A stretch of DNA of 63,388 bases, filler included, from Phoronis australis (taxonomy: Eukaryota > Animalia > Phoronida), in NCBI GenBank assembly GCA_002633005.1. It is 10 parts of 10 records of this genome, joined end to end, with 100 filler letters (N's around TTAATTAATTAA, not from the genome) between each part and the next. Parts side by side here need not be neighbours in the genome. Positions count along the whole stretch, not along the records: positions 48,470 to 52,893 come from NMRA01002594.1; positions 52,994 to 57,049 come from NMRA01001665.1; positions 57,150 to 60,335 come from NMRA01003159.1; positions 60,436 to 63,388 come from NMRA01003306.1; 6 more parts are not named here. One strand, given 5' to 3'. The position numbers were made by a program, and so were the translations under genes. A model generated the notes under the pieces. It was given only the letters and a program-made list of their open reading frames with translations, was not told the origin of the DNA and made no database searches. Shown piece by piece: positions 48,370 through 61,610 of the stretch (its first letter is position 1; each line of letters opens with the position of its first letter).

Positions 48370-50957
48370 NNNNNNNNNNNNNNNNNNNNNNNNNNNNNNN
48401 NNNNNNNNNNNNNTTAATTAATTAANNNNNNNNNNNNNNNNNNNNNNNNNNNNNNNNNNNNNNNNNNNNGAGCATCTGTGATTACATATTAAGCTCAGTC
48501 ATATGGCCATGCTGCTAAAAGTCACAACAAGGGCCATGCCCGAGTGTTGTACAATCAGATGCTAATAGGCAATGTCAGCCTCGGAGTTCGGCGCCTTCTC
48601 TGTCACGGGGATGGTCTGGGGGGGGGATTAATGCACTAGCATATCCCCATCGATCCCGTCCGTAACTGGTATTACAGGTATTGTTACAGGTTAATCTCAA
48701 TCTTACCTCCTCTTGCTGGTTGAACAACGTTAGACAGTGGGCGAGTGTACTACACATCTCACGCGATGACGTCAACACGTGCGAGAGTTCTTGCTGTACC
48801 TCGCCAAGGGTGACTGAAATGAGAAACAGAGAGTCTTGGATGATGGACCAGAGAGCTCTCACTGGGACTGAGGTTACTAAAATAAGAATACACAGGGTCT
48901 AGAACGATAGATCATGACGTCAATGCCTTGGGAAAGTCACTGTATCTGGCCCAAGGTGACTAAAACGAGCAACACAGAGGGTCTAGGATGATAAATCATG
49001 GTAACCACACCCGGAGATCTTAGGACGAGGAAGCATGACATCAACACCTGAAGTAGTAATCTTAAAGAGAACAACAGAACTTTGTGGCATGCACACCTGA
49101 ACGAGTTCTTCCCGTACATCAGCTAAGGAAAGAAACGCTTATGATTAAAGACGATAGATTATAATGTCAACACCTGAGAAATCTTTCATAAGTCTTACCT
49201 GGCTTAAAGCCACTGAAACAGGAAACAAACTGTTAAAGGTGCATTGCACACCATGGCCACGAACACAGCATTTCTAATCGAAGCGCTGATAAGGCTAAAA
49301 CTACATAAGTTGATTCTAGTCATTTTGCGGCCTGTGCTCGCCGACTAAAAAAAATTTCGTTGATTTCACATTTAGGCATGGTATATTGTTCTTTTTCTAT
49401 AAAAGCCACACTAAGGCACATGTAAGAGTAATCAAGGTTCAAAACGTCATGATTTGCCAAGTGATTAGAAAAAAAAACAAAACCCGCATCACTTTTGCTG
49501 GTCTCGTTTGAATTTTCTTTCATGAAAAAGTGAGCAACTAAAGACACCGCACCACTGACTCGATTAAAAAAAACAACAGAGACGTGTCAATTAGACTTCT
49601 TATGGCCAAAGCAGATTGTTTTGAACGTGAATTACAATTATTATGGCAGTTCAAACTTCCTTTTAACTGGCACAATAACAATCAACTTGTACCGACTTCT
49701 ACCAATGAAGCAAAAACGCCCACTGAATACATTACAAATCAATACATGTATCCTTGAATTGACACAAAAGTATTAATTACACGGGTAACTCGTTTCCGAT
49801 AGTATGTGATCAAAGGCATAATTTCGAAAACAAATGAGAAAATTACTTTACAAAAAAGTAGACAAAATGAAACACAGCCACTTGACTTATTTACAAGAGC
49901 TAATAACACATTTCAATTATATGGCCTTCTAGGCAAAATAACAACTTGTAAACTGCATATTGGATAACAGTCATTCACAGGCATTCTGCATTTTGAGGAA
50001 GGTTTTCTCTACTGAATGACGGGCATCAAACTGGGTTATAAAAAATAAGGACCACTGTAAGTGACTATTGCCACGGATCGGGCCACACTGACTCCGCTGA
50101 ACTCAAGTGACTGTGGACAGGCCGAACATCAACAACCCAAATCAATGAGCTACAACCAGTATAACACAGTATAACAGGTATAGTTCATTGCCCACATTTA
50201 ACACCATGCAGAGTTCTTACAGTACTAGACAAAAGTAACCAGGCACAATACTGTTCTCCCCTCCCACCCCGCATGACAGCGAATTTTGTTAATAGTAAGA
50301 GAGAATGGCTTAACCACCTTGCTAACTCTGTTAATTCCTTTTCATTTATGGTCACAAAGGAAAACTACTCTGAAGATGAATTCGGCTTCCCCAGCCATCA
50401 CGACTTGAAATTCCAGGTCATTTTGTCTGTCTCGCTCAAACCCAACCTACCAAAGCTTACTCTACTCCTGGAAGAACACCACAAAATCCTGCCAGACCTT
50501 TACAGAGACCAGACAAGCACCAAATGATGAGCTGGTCATACCAAGACCAGCTGGCCATCTGTAAGTCTTAATTATCTAATTGACCAATTCTGACAGGCTT
50601 AACACAATAATTGACCTCATACAGGCCACAGGTCATCACCTTGAAAACAAATAAACGGAGACTATAAAAACCATAAAAAACCGGGGTTCACAACTTCCTG
50701 GTTGGAAGGACATTGAACTCATTCATCAACTGTACCTTAATGATGACTGTTAACACAAGCAATATTATATACTACTGGTATATTAAGGCTGAACACACAA
50801 TGAAAACTGACGGTTGTGCCAAATGACAGGTCACACGCACACATTGGTATATTATCAATTTTAACACATTTTTGTTCACACACCATTGCCCCCCCCCCAC
50901 ACTTAATTATGTACTCTAAATACTAAGTCTAGCAACAACGGCTCACAACTATCAAAG

Positions 50958-52355
50958 ACAAGAGCAACGCAGAGCGTTGAAATGCGCCCACAATTGCACC
51001 GCATACGGTATCCTTCTAGGGTTGTTTATTGGTACCATAAAGTGGCCAGTAGAGGGCATATATGTAGTATGTTGTACTTTGCAAAATGGAAAGGCATGGT
51101 CCTTGTCTCCTCAATAGGCTAGGGGCAAAATGTGAGTAATCTTCATAATACAAGNNNNNNNNNNNNNNNNNNNNNNNNNNNNNNNNNNNNNNNNNNNNNN
51201 NNNNNNNNNNNNNNNNNNNNNNNNNNNNNNNNNNNNNNNNNNNNNNNNNNNNNNNNNNNNNNNNNNNNNNNNNNNNNNNNNNNNNNNNNNNNNNNNNNNN
51301 NNNNNNNNNNNNNNNNNNNNNNNNNNNNNNNNNNNNNNNNNNNNNNNNNNNNNNNNNNNNNNNNNNNNNNNNNNNNNNNNNNNNNNNNNNNNNNNNNNNN
51401 NNNNNNNNNNNNNNNNNNNNNNNNNNNNNNNNNNNNNNNNNNNNNNNNNNNNNNNNNNNNNNNNNNNNNNNNNNNNNNNNNNNNNNNNNNNNNNNNNNNN
51501 NNNNNNNNNNNNNNNNNNNNNNNNNNNNNNNNNNNNNNNNNNNNNNNNNNNNNNNNNNNNNNNNNNNNNNNNNNNNNNNNNNNNNNNNNNNNNNNNNNNN
51601 NNNNNNNNNNNNNNNNNNNNNNNNNNNNNNNNNNNNNNNNNNNNNNNNNNNNNNNNNNNNNNNNNNNNNNNNNNNNNNNNNNNNNNNNNNNNNNNNAGGG
51701 GGCACACCGGTAGTCGGATCCGTCCAAAAGTCGTCATCTTCCGTTGTTAACATCATATAAATATACTTACACAATTTCGTAAAGATCCTGCGAACGGTTT
51801 AGGAGATACAGCCATAGGCGCAAAAAAACAAAACTGCCACTAGGAGGCGCCACAGTAGTCGAAATCGTCGGAAAATCATCGTCAACGGTCCTCTACATAG
51901 TAAACATATACATGCCAATTTTCACAATCATCCTTTGAGCGATTTGGTTGATAGAGGGGTGGACGCACAAAAACAGACTCGAAAACACTAAAAATGGCCA
52001 CTAGGTGGTGCAAACTATGTCGAATCCATCTGAAAACGGCAGGATAGCGTCATCTCACTAATAGGTGCCTACAGACCAAATTTCATGAAAATCCGTTCAA
52101 AACTTTTGAAGATACAAAGGTAAGCGTAAAAAACTAAAATTGCCACTAGGGGGCACACCGGTAGACGGATCCGTCCGAAAGTTCACACATGCCGTCCCAT
52201 TCATGAATGGAACATATGTGCCAAATTTCACGAATGTATGTCAAAGGCTTTTGGAGATAGAGCAGCGGACGCCGGACGCCGCCCGGACTGACGGACGGAC
52301 GGACAGAGATGACGGCATAATGTGTCCACATATAAATATGTGGGCGCATTAAAAT
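50958..52355 (+). mobile_element. Helentron-type non-autonomous element (with internal gap)
   Basis: ACAAGAGCAACGCAGAGCG head; internal CCACTAGG.GGC.C units; (GACG)n microsatellite, terminal hairpin CCACATATAAATATGTGG and A-run. Confidence 0.72.
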
Positions 52356-54709
52356 TAATTCATGTTTAATAGCAAGTCACAAGTTGTCACACCTCAAAAT
52401 TTTCAGATAAAAAAGGGAAGTCTCAATTGGCACAACTTTTTGGTGCTTTTTGTATGTATAAGTCATATCTAGACCAATACTCCCAGGTTACATCAACTTT
52501 GCTTTTGTCACTGATAACGATGAATTCCATGATGTCACTTTGTGAAAAAAAGGAGCCACCACTTGCTGCAGCGCAAACTGTAAACCCAACAAAACACCGA
52601 CAGCTCATCTGGCTCAGCAGATTACAATGAAGAATTCACGGAAACCTCAAAATATCATAAAATGTCACAGAATTTCAGGCAAGCAAGTTTTGCCACAGAA
52701 TTTCACCACAGCATCATTTCCATGTGAAAATTGGTAGAAATAACCCTACGTATTTTCAAGCTAATTTTTATAGAAGAAAGCTGTGTTTTGTCAGGAATCT
52801 GAGGTCCACAAAATTTCGCTGAATTAATACTGAGGGGGGATTAATCATAACCATAACCTATGTGGTTTGTTGATTCAATTAAAATTCCGATTANNNNNNN
52901 NNNNNNNNNNNNNNNNNNNNNNNNNNNNNNNNNNNNNTTAATTAATTAANNNNNNNNNNNNNNNNNNNNNNNNNNNNNNNNNNNNNNNNNNNNTATTATT
53001 TGGTGCTTTACCTGTTCTGGTGGTTTTAAATAGTAAAGTTGTTCTCTCAGTTTTAAAAAATAGCTAGAGAATTATTGAATCAAAGAAAGCACCAATGGTT
53101 AGCTTTCCTTTTGTATTTCATCCATAGCATGAGGATTGTTTTATTAGGATAATACTTTATTTTCAGGCAACAAATGGTGATGCACATTTTGAAGGCAAGA
53201 AAGAAAAGTGATCAGAGTCGACATCCAGTCACATAGAGATGTTTTGCATCACCTGACGTGTCAAAAGATTGGCAATAAATCTCTTTGGTGGTGATAGTAT
53301 CAATGTTCTCTTCGAAACATATTATTGAAGAACCTCTTTTTCAGCTCAAGGTACTGTTCTAGTGGTGGATCCCAATTTTGAACACTGATGCCTTTCTAAG
53401 ACAATTACCTCTGAAATTAAGTGCAATCGGACTGACCACATGATTGACAGCTGTGTCTGTTACAAATTTAAGGAAACTTAACTGGTGTAATGTGTTTAAT
53501 ATAAACCCACCTGCTGTCCCAAGAAAAAACAACTTGATTTAGGCTGCTTATGAAATTGGTCTTAAGTTTCCTTGGCTCATTTGATTTCTGGGCTTGGATG
53601 GAAATGAGTTTAATAGTCTTAGATGTCAGGATCTACAAGTTGACTCGTCAGTGTTAATTTACGTGCCAAGCTGGGTCTTAGCACTTACAACCGTCAGTTC
53701 CTTGCAAGCCCAGGCGTCGCTTCTTGCCTGGGCAAGGAACTAGTAAAAACCAATTTCATAGCGGCAAGTTGTCTAAATCAAGTTGTTTGTGTGATATTAG
53801 CAGTAGCTTATGCATGTTCACAAAATTGTATGAAATTTGCAGCACTCCAATATCGCTTGTGTCAGACTTGACCAGCTACATGGTATGTGTTTTCAGACTG
53901 CATTGGCCCTTTGTACAAGAGTGCTGAGAAAGATGACTGTGTCTTCAACATTAGTGTAATTAAAATAAATCGTACGTTACGTCTTAATGTTCCATTTACT
54001 GTTTTCAAATTGCAATGTAATTTAACTTTGTTTCAAGAATCTTAAGTTGAAAATAATCTTTTAGAACTGGACTATTTTCGAATAGCATAGTACATTAAAA
54101 TCTCCTCAATTAAGGGCACATTATGGCGAACAAGAGAAATTTTATTTTCTCATTTTTTTCCAGAAAAGACATGAAGCTCACCATATTCAAACTTCTCTAC
54201 CATAAAAAATATTAGAAGCTCTTGAAAAACAAAAAAGGGCAACCATTTTTGTCTGAAATTGGGGAGATTTTACCATATAATGTTCATGCTGTACAAAGTG
54301 CTTATGATTTTAAGGTTATTTATTGTGAAATACATCACTTATGCAAGAGTGGCGTTATAAATTGAATGTACAAATAAACAAAAAGTTTTGACATGGTTCT
54401 TTGTATTTCATTCTTCCTCAGCTATTTATACACTGTCAAAGATTCCAGGCCGTCATGAGACATATTTCCCTTTGCGCGAGTGTCTAGGTAATTAAGATAT
54501 TGTACCAAAAATCACCACTCAACTACAGTCAAATACAATGACAACATTTTGATGAAAATTTTAAATGGGAATTGTCATTGTCTATTCGTTGCTTAATACC
54601 AAGCAATTTTGTACTGTTCTTGTGCTCTGAACATGCCATCCTTTGTACCCGCCTGCACATAGAGTTCTTAACTGTACCACAGATTTATATCACACCAACA
54701 GTTCCCTTG

Positions 54710-55255
54710 TTAATACCAGCCAGCGTCCAGACTGTCCTTGACTGTGTCACGGTTCTCTCGCCGCGACCTCGTCACCAAGGCCGCCTCACCACTCTTGCGT
54801 ATCCGCCGTGCCTGCTGCTTTTTCCGCTCCCGTTGAACCTTGCTACGAACCCTGGCCCGAATGGCCTCCTGGGATACTGACAGTGTTGACATGCCTGTCG
54901 TGGCCGCACTACAACTACTGTCGTTCCTTGTCCTACGAAGTGCACTCTCGTCTCTGAATGGCCTGTATTCACTATTACGTGCACTCAAATCTTCAACATC
55001 TGAATCGTCAGATTCACACGCACCACGCACATCTCTATCATTAGGAGTACTGTCTTCATTACTCATACTGTTAGTACTTGGATCTTCAGCCGCAACTCTA
55101 TTCAGGGAGTTTGTGCAGTTTTCATCCACTAGTAGTTCACTCTGTTTAGTGTCATTATTATCCGCAGCTCCCTCTTCGGGAAAATCTGCGCACTCCTCAC
55201 TTTCACTCTCATTGCCACTGCTGTTAGCCAGAACACTTCCCAATTCCTCCACTGC
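54710..55255 (-). CDS. RIOK2: RIO kinase 2, last coding exon
   Basis: Acidic linker, NSEYRPFRD, then IRARVRSKVQRERKKQQARRIRKSGEAALVTRSRRENRDTVK..WY*, resembling the RIOK2 C-terminus (NREFRPFRD; KGEA..TKQRREN); CTTACAG acceptor. Confidence 0.88.
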   Translation of the reverse strand, partial: AVEELGSVLANSSGNESESEECADFPEEGAADNNDTKQSELLVDENCTNSLNRVAAEDPSTNSMSNEDSTPNDRDVRGACESDDSDVEDLSARNSEYRPFRDESALRRTRNDSSCSAATTGMSTLSVSQEAIRARVRSKVQRERKKQQARRIRKSGEAALVTRSRRENRDTVKDSLDAGWY

Positions 55256-57149
55256 CTGTAAGTGACCAACATTACGGTTAAGTGTCCTCAAATCAGAACG
55301 CATTATGGCAGAACAATGAAATTTTATTTCATCAAAATTCTCAAAAAGAACTAGACAAATTCACGTCATTGTTTGAAAACTTTATACAGCACAGCTTTCA
55401 CTAGCAAACGCAATGAAATTTTGAACATTGTGGAAATACAATGAGCATCTAAAAAATGAAAAAAACAGCAATTTGGCCGTTATTTTTCTTCGAATTTGAG
55501 AAAGCTTTATCATATCTTTACACATTGAAGGTACTGGAAACAAAGAGGACTTGTCACTTAATTTGCTTGATAATCCACTTAAATTTTACATTTCTGCTAG
55601 GATTCCACACTTAAAAATGTGTAATTTTCAATATTTTACATTTTTTTTCTGGAGAATGCTTAAGAATTTGTAAAGATATGGTTGTCAACAATTGACTAAA
55701 TGCCTGACACATTTATTTGCTCATGCTTTCACTCTCCATTGACCATCTAAGGGTACACACACACTGACTGGTACAGTATAACACGTGCAGTGCTGTAGTG
55801 GGGCGTAGGCGCACATAGGCGCAGCCAACCACCTTTTGGCATTTGAACGTAGTGCCTACACACCGAAAGTTACGTTCAGTGCTCAAGGTGTCTAATTACC
55901 TCTAATTTTACCTATACAGCACTGAACACGTGATTAGTTGTACCAAGAGAATTTATCAAAGGGGAGACTTGCCGGAAACAAAGAGGGGTGATCACATGGC
56001 ATCTATGATTGGCATAATTTACTTAAGAGCATGTTCGCGAATGGACCAGGCAGAGGGTGATAAACGCTATGTCACAGATTCTCTTTATATTTTGTCTGTG
56101 ATATGACACTGGCCCCACTGACTCCAGACCACCTTTATTTTTTTTCAAAGCGCCCCCTTTTGGTTTCCATGGATACTATTTGTTTCCGACAAGTTTTCAG
56201 CCTGGCGGCAGTTTAGTTTTAGTAAAATTCCGACAGTTACGTTACGCAGTGGAAGTAACGTTGAAATATTGAACCTGTGTTATTGATCAGGTGTGACCTT
56301 CGACTACATTATTCCTGAAAATTTAAAAGATTTCGATAATTTTTGTCTGTTTTTAGAGCCGCAAAAGATGAGTACTTTTAGTGATTTTTGAAACTGTCAA
56401 AATTGGCTAAATTCTTATCCCGATATCTCAGCTGGCACAGGTTTCAGAACATTTTAGTGCCAACCAGTGTGTTGAGCTATTTTAGGTCTACAAAATAGGA
56501 CAAAAAAATTTCCTGGCGCGAACGGATTTCATGTCATTTGAAGTAAAAAATGACTGGTGGTTACGCCATTTCACCATAATGACTAATGCCGACAAACGTC
56601 AACAAAAAGTGAACATTTGATAATAGTTGGCCAGCAAACGGCGAATCAATTTATCATTCATCAAATTTCGTATTTTCTAGGCACCGATGGTACACTACTT
56701 TATTTCTAAAAAGTGCTCGTAGTCATGGAATTAGGATACATACTACGCAAATAGCAGTAGTTTTGGCAGGACACCTTTTGCGAGAGTCGAAATTCAAATT
56801 TCACTGGTTTTCCAAAGCTCAGTAATCTTATTTGCACGGCTGAAAACAAAAAAAAAACGCCGACAAATCATTTTCATAACATTTTCCTTCAAAAATCGTG
56901 TTGCCCTCTCCCCACTTGCGACGTTCCAAATCTTACAGTGTTGTATGAACAAGATCATTTATTTATGGTTTTGTCTGTGATTGTCCTGTTTTCAAAGATG
57001 CTTACTGTGGGTTAGCTGTGGAGTGTGTCTGAACAAACATTTCTTTAGGNNNNNNNNNNNNNNNNNNNNNNNNNNNNNNNNNNNNNNNNNNNNTTAATTA
57101 ATTAANNNNNNNNNNNNNNNNNNNNNNNNNNNNNNNNNNNNNNNNNNNN

Positions 57150-57226
57150 TACCATTTACTACCTTACCCTCCTTACCATTTACTACCTTACCCTCCTTAC
57201 CATTTACTACCTTACCCTCCTTACCT
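57150..57226. repeat. 24-bp minisatellite x3 at contig edge
   Basis: TACCATTTACTACCTTACCCTCCT units. Confidence 0.85.
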
Positions 57227-57536
57227 TGGCCTCTTTCCAACTGCTAACTTCAGATCACACCATATGCATATGTGAAATTCCGTTGAAACAATTAATCTCA
57301 TTTCTTCGAATAAAGGAGGTTGTTTCGACACTACGAGCGACTCAGCCTCATGCAAAAAGTTTAGTCGTGTTTTCAACAAAATTTGTGTGAACGAAAAGCT
57401 GCTACCGAGCAGAATATGAAATTCACAAATCTTTTAAACGAAATGTAAACTACACTCGGTAGTTTTCGCTGTACCGTAAAACTCAACGAGATTCAACAAT
57501 CAGGTCAAAGTGATGCCTTATTACGTTGGACTTTAC

Positions 57537-57761
57537 CTGATTTAGAGTGTCCATCCCATGGTCGCTGACCACAATGAGATTGACAGTACTGGACAGTCCG
57601 TTGGTGTCCAACGAATCCAGCAAGTCTCCTAAGTAGCCGTCAACTTCTTTGATCTTCGCAATAAGTTCAGAGCTCTCTGGTCCATAACTGTGACCTGTTT
57701 TATCCGGTTCGTGGTAGTATAACGTAGCAAAGACCACGTCGTTTTTGAGCCAAGTAACAAC
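57537..57761 (-). CDS. Ectonucleotide pyrophosphatase/phosphodiesterase (ENPP family) exon
   Basis: VVTWLKNDVVFATLYYHEPDKTGHSYGPES...VNLIVVSDHGM contains the metal-binding EPD..GH and SDHGM motifs; TTTTAG acceptor, GTAAAG donor. Confidence 0.9.
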
Positions 57762-57863
57762 CTAAAATATGAATTTAAAATTATGACGACGAAATCCTAT
57801 GCTGCCAAAGTGGACGTTATCGTCGCCAGCGCATAAAATGCATCCCAATATATCCGACTTTAA

Positions 57864-58826
57864 ACAGTACACACCATGGATTTTTGCACATTTTGAATTA
57901 CCGGTGGCCACAGACTAAATGTATGACGTAAAATTTAGCTAAACCCGTGTTTAGTTTGTGTAATGAGCTCGAAATTTTGATTTTTCTTTCAATTTTGCCA
58001 ATTTTCACATTTCCCGCCATGTGACGTCACGGGTTGAACGCAAGAGATCAGTGACTAGCATTGAACAATGGCGGAGTGCAGTGAATTTGAAAGCGACGAC
58101 GATTATGAGCAAGAATTGAATACTATGAAGAAACGTACGGGAATGGTGGCCAGGATGAGGAAATGGGGTTGCACGAAAGCGAGAACAAGTTTGATATGCT
58201 TCCGGCTGCGTAATTTTCTACTTGGAGCCTTACGAACTGGATCCTCCCGCGAGAGAAGCGGCCTCGGGCTCGGCGAGTCAACCCAGTCATCCAACAGACG
58301 ATCCTGAATTAAGAGCCCATGTTTCTGAATGATAAATATTGTCCTTTATTGAACCAGGCCTTCATCGTAATATCTCCTGTCACTGGAGTCGAAACAGGAG
58401 TCCTCAAAGGGGGCAAAACACAGAGTGGCCGCGGACCGAATCGCTTGGTCCACGATGAGGTCCCACACTCTCGTTCGGCGCACGAAGCGATTTCACTTCT
58501 GCGCAACTTTGGTGTCCTTCGGAACATAGAGACGTTCTCCGCCTGGCTGCTGTTGCTGCAGCCTCCGGCAACACATCTTTTGATCCCTCTACGAACCTTC
58601 TCGACGCTAAATGTAGCTTACTTTGCTTTCATTTCACTCTATACACTTTGTCTCTGATCCGAACAGTATGGCGAACGACTTGGGTTCAACCCATGACGTT
58701 GTACATAATTATTATTTTTTCAATGTTTGCGTGTTTCGTTATGAGCTGTGCACTAAAGGCACTGAAATCAAGTAAGATATAATAACAAAATTTATTTTGA
58801 GTTACTAGAGTCATGTTGCGTACACT
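57864..58826. mobile_element. Third Kolobok-type non-autonomous family, in an ENPP intron
   Basis: TTAA on both sides and a degraded TIR (11/16 match). Subterminal inverted 22-mer at 58023 and 58679. Minus decayed THAP at ~58385-58585 (KRCVAGGCSNSSQAENVSMF..PKD..K*NRFVRRTR..LCFAPFEDSCF). Plus acidic stub from 58068 with EPYELDP after frameshifts. Confidence 0.65.
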
Positions 58827-59068
58827 TTAAATGGAAAATACAGCGAGTTAAGCACTATTCTCATACAATGGGTATTTTTTGTTTTTGTCACAAAACTTTC
58901 GCACCACACAGAGGTCGTGTTATACAGATTTGTTCAAGCAACATAATTTGTGGGCGTGTCAAGCAGACACGTACAAACGACAGATAGTGAGCGTATCACA
59001 CAGACTTGCAACCAACACTAAGTGGGTGTGTCTGTTACATGTAATAAATGGTACTTGTTTACGTCTAC

Positions 59069-59331
59069 CTGATCTAGTCTTTTACGAAATGAATGGTTCT
59101 CGTTGTATTCTTTCACATATTCACGCGTGTAACCTTCCCGTAGTGCTGTCTCGCTGCCTGGCCAAAAGTAGGTCGCCGCCTTCTTCCCTTGTCGTCGGAC
59201 AGTTTTCCATATTGGTTCTCGTAACCACCACTTGGGGTCCTGCACTTGCGCCTTATCAAGACGACTGAAATTACCATACGTTGGGTGGTGGAAGCGGTTA
59301 CCCATAATTCCATGGTTTTCTTGATACGATC
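59069..59331 (-). CDS. ENPP-family exon
   Basis: (G)SYQENHGIMGNRF...DPKWWLREPIWKTVRRQGKKAATYFWPGSE...SFRKRLDQ; TTACAG acceptor, GTAGAC donor; splices in phase 0 to 57761. Confidence 0.9.
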
Positions 59332-59461
59332 CTGTAACCACATATGAGTAGGTCTGCACGTTCATACATTGGATGTCTATTTTAAAAATCCATTGAAAGT
59401 TGTTGAAATGGTAGCAATTTGACAAGTTGTTACTGAAACCCCCATTGCATGTACATTGTAA

Positions 59462-59927
59462 TACATATAATACTGGCCGTACATGTAATACTGGCAATAC
59501 ATGTAATACTGGTCGTACATGTAATACGGGCAATACATGTAATACTGGTCGTACATGTAATACTGGCAATACATGTAATACTGGTCGTACATGTAATACT
59601 GGCAATACATGTAATACTGGTCATACATGTAATACGGGCAATACATGTAATACTGGTCGTACATGTAATACGGGCAATACATATAATACTGGTCGTACAT
59701 GTAATACTGGCAATACATGTAATACTGGTCATACATGTAATACGGGCAATACATGTAATACTGGTCGTACATGTAATACGGGCAATACATGTAATACTGG
59801 TCGTACATGTAATACTGGCAATACATGTAATACTGGTCATACATGTAATACTGCCAATACATATAATACTGGTCGTACATGTAATACTGGCAATACATGT
59901 AATACTGGTCGTATATGTATCACTGGC
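59462..59927. repeat. 18-bp minisatellite organised as a 36-bp A/B dimer
   Basis: TACATGTAATACTGGCAA alternating with TACATGTAATACTGGTCG, about 26 monomers. Confidence 0.95.
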
Positions 59928-61465
59928 CAGTTAAAGCTTATGCTATTGATGGGGTTTCGTCTTCTTCAAGAACGCCTGGGATCAGTTGTATCCAGTCTTC
60001 ACGAGACGGAGGAAGAAACCATATTTTAATTTTATCATGATGGAGTATTGTGATGACAATTACCAGTGGGAGATTTAGGCCNNNNGGGGGGGGGGGGCAA
60101 GGGGACCATGGCCCCCTAAAATTCTTCCAGATACCATTTGGGAGTTCAGGGTGCATATGCGCGCACCCAGGGGGTTCGGGAGGCGAGTGCACATTAGGCA
60201 TAGGCCTTGAACTAACCCCGTTTACCGTTTTTTCAGCAATAATGTCCACAAACTCAAGACCATGATTCCCTACATTTTAGGCTGAGCGCGTGCATGTGGA
60301 AAAATTATGGTTATTCCGTTATTCCTGTGTCCTGCNNNNNNNNNNNNNNNNNNNNNNNNNNNNNNNNNNNNNNNNNNNNTTAATTAATTAANNNNNNNNN
60401 NNNNNNNNNNNNNNNNNNNNNNNNNNNNNNNNNNNGGAGATGACGTATTTGTTGGAAGTAAAACATGCTATGCATGTCTGCCAAGTGTCACTAGTGAATA
60501 GTGACGTCACGCCTTGTATGATGATCACAGATTTCGTCCATCGAAAACATACTAAGTTGGTGGCCCATGTACCATAGTCAGTGATGCCAGTAAAAGAACA
60601 ATAAGCTAGTTGAAAGGTGTATTCACTTATTGTTACATCTAGATTAATTTTGACAGAGAACTATTATAGTGCTCAGTAGTGAACAGAAATGAGTGTGTCC
60701 TTGCGTTGTTGATCGCCGCCATTTTCATGAATGCAAGATTGCAAAGGTTGTAGGCAAAATTTTTGGTCCGCAGCATGCCTGTAAGGTGTGCTGTGCGTTT
60801 GGGTAACATAATTGGAGTGGAAAGTATGTTCAAATCTGGCTAAGGGCATGTGATCCAAAGTGATCAAATCTCAATAAGATGAATGAATGTATAACAATTT
60901 TTCATTTGTCCTTTAGAGAAGTATTCCGCTGCAATCCAAAAATTGTGTCTAAAATGTGTGTTAAATATTGTGAAATTATCTGAGTTTACCTGACCATTCA
61001 TCTTCCAAACTCAGCAGATCTGTTTGTCTTTTAAACATTTTAATCTATTCTGTAGAAGAGTGGCCCTATCATATTTTTACCTTATTTGTTTTGCGCTATA
61101 AACACGAAAAACAACAGTTGTCATGAACAGTGGTGTTTTTTAAACCATCATAGAATCTTCATCTTTGCAAATGAAAAATTTCAGTTTAGATATTGGTTAA
61201 AAATGCCTGTTTTAGCAGATTTTTTCAAAGGTCAGTAAATTAAAGCTTGTAAAAACCTATCGGATGGATTTCATGCTATGCACACAACCTAGTTGCCTTA
61301 TTTATTATTTTTGTACCGGCCAAACCAGACTTTTGGACGTATCTGACGTGCACAATGCCCCCTAGTGGATGTTTTAGTTTTTTATGATCTTGGAAGGTGT
61401 GTTCCTATTGAGTAGAGAATTGGTGACTCCCTATGCATCTCCTAGAGGTTATTTTAAGTTAACTG

Positions 61466-61610
61466 TAGGGGTGGATCCAAAATTGTAAGTTAGGAGGAGC
61501 CAGGGGAGAATATTAGCTAGGATTTTGCCTGTCAGACATTCGTAACCCCAAACTGCCAAATGGAATCTGGGAGGACGTGACCACCTGCCCCCCCCCTAAA
61601 TCCGCCACTG
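61466..61610. mobile_element. Short hAT-like MITE
   Basis: AGGGGTGGATCCA ... CCCCCCCTAAATCCGCCACTG ends; a related left end CAGTGGGAGATTTAGG lies at 60064. Confidence 0.5.

Noticed and set aside
50273-50527. 84-aa ORF with KPNLPKLTLLLEEHHKIL, faintly like the Penelope RT-endonuclease linker
   Set aside because: Too short, with no RT or GIY-YIG motifs nearby.
59377-60029. Repetitive proteins (YYMYDQ, CNTGNT, VILAIH repeats)
   Set aside because: These are translations of an intronic 18-bp minisatellite.
60775-60843. Possible further THAP start (MPVRCAVRLGN..SMFK)
   Set aside because: The second cysteine is missing, a stop follows quickly, and no TIRs were identified.
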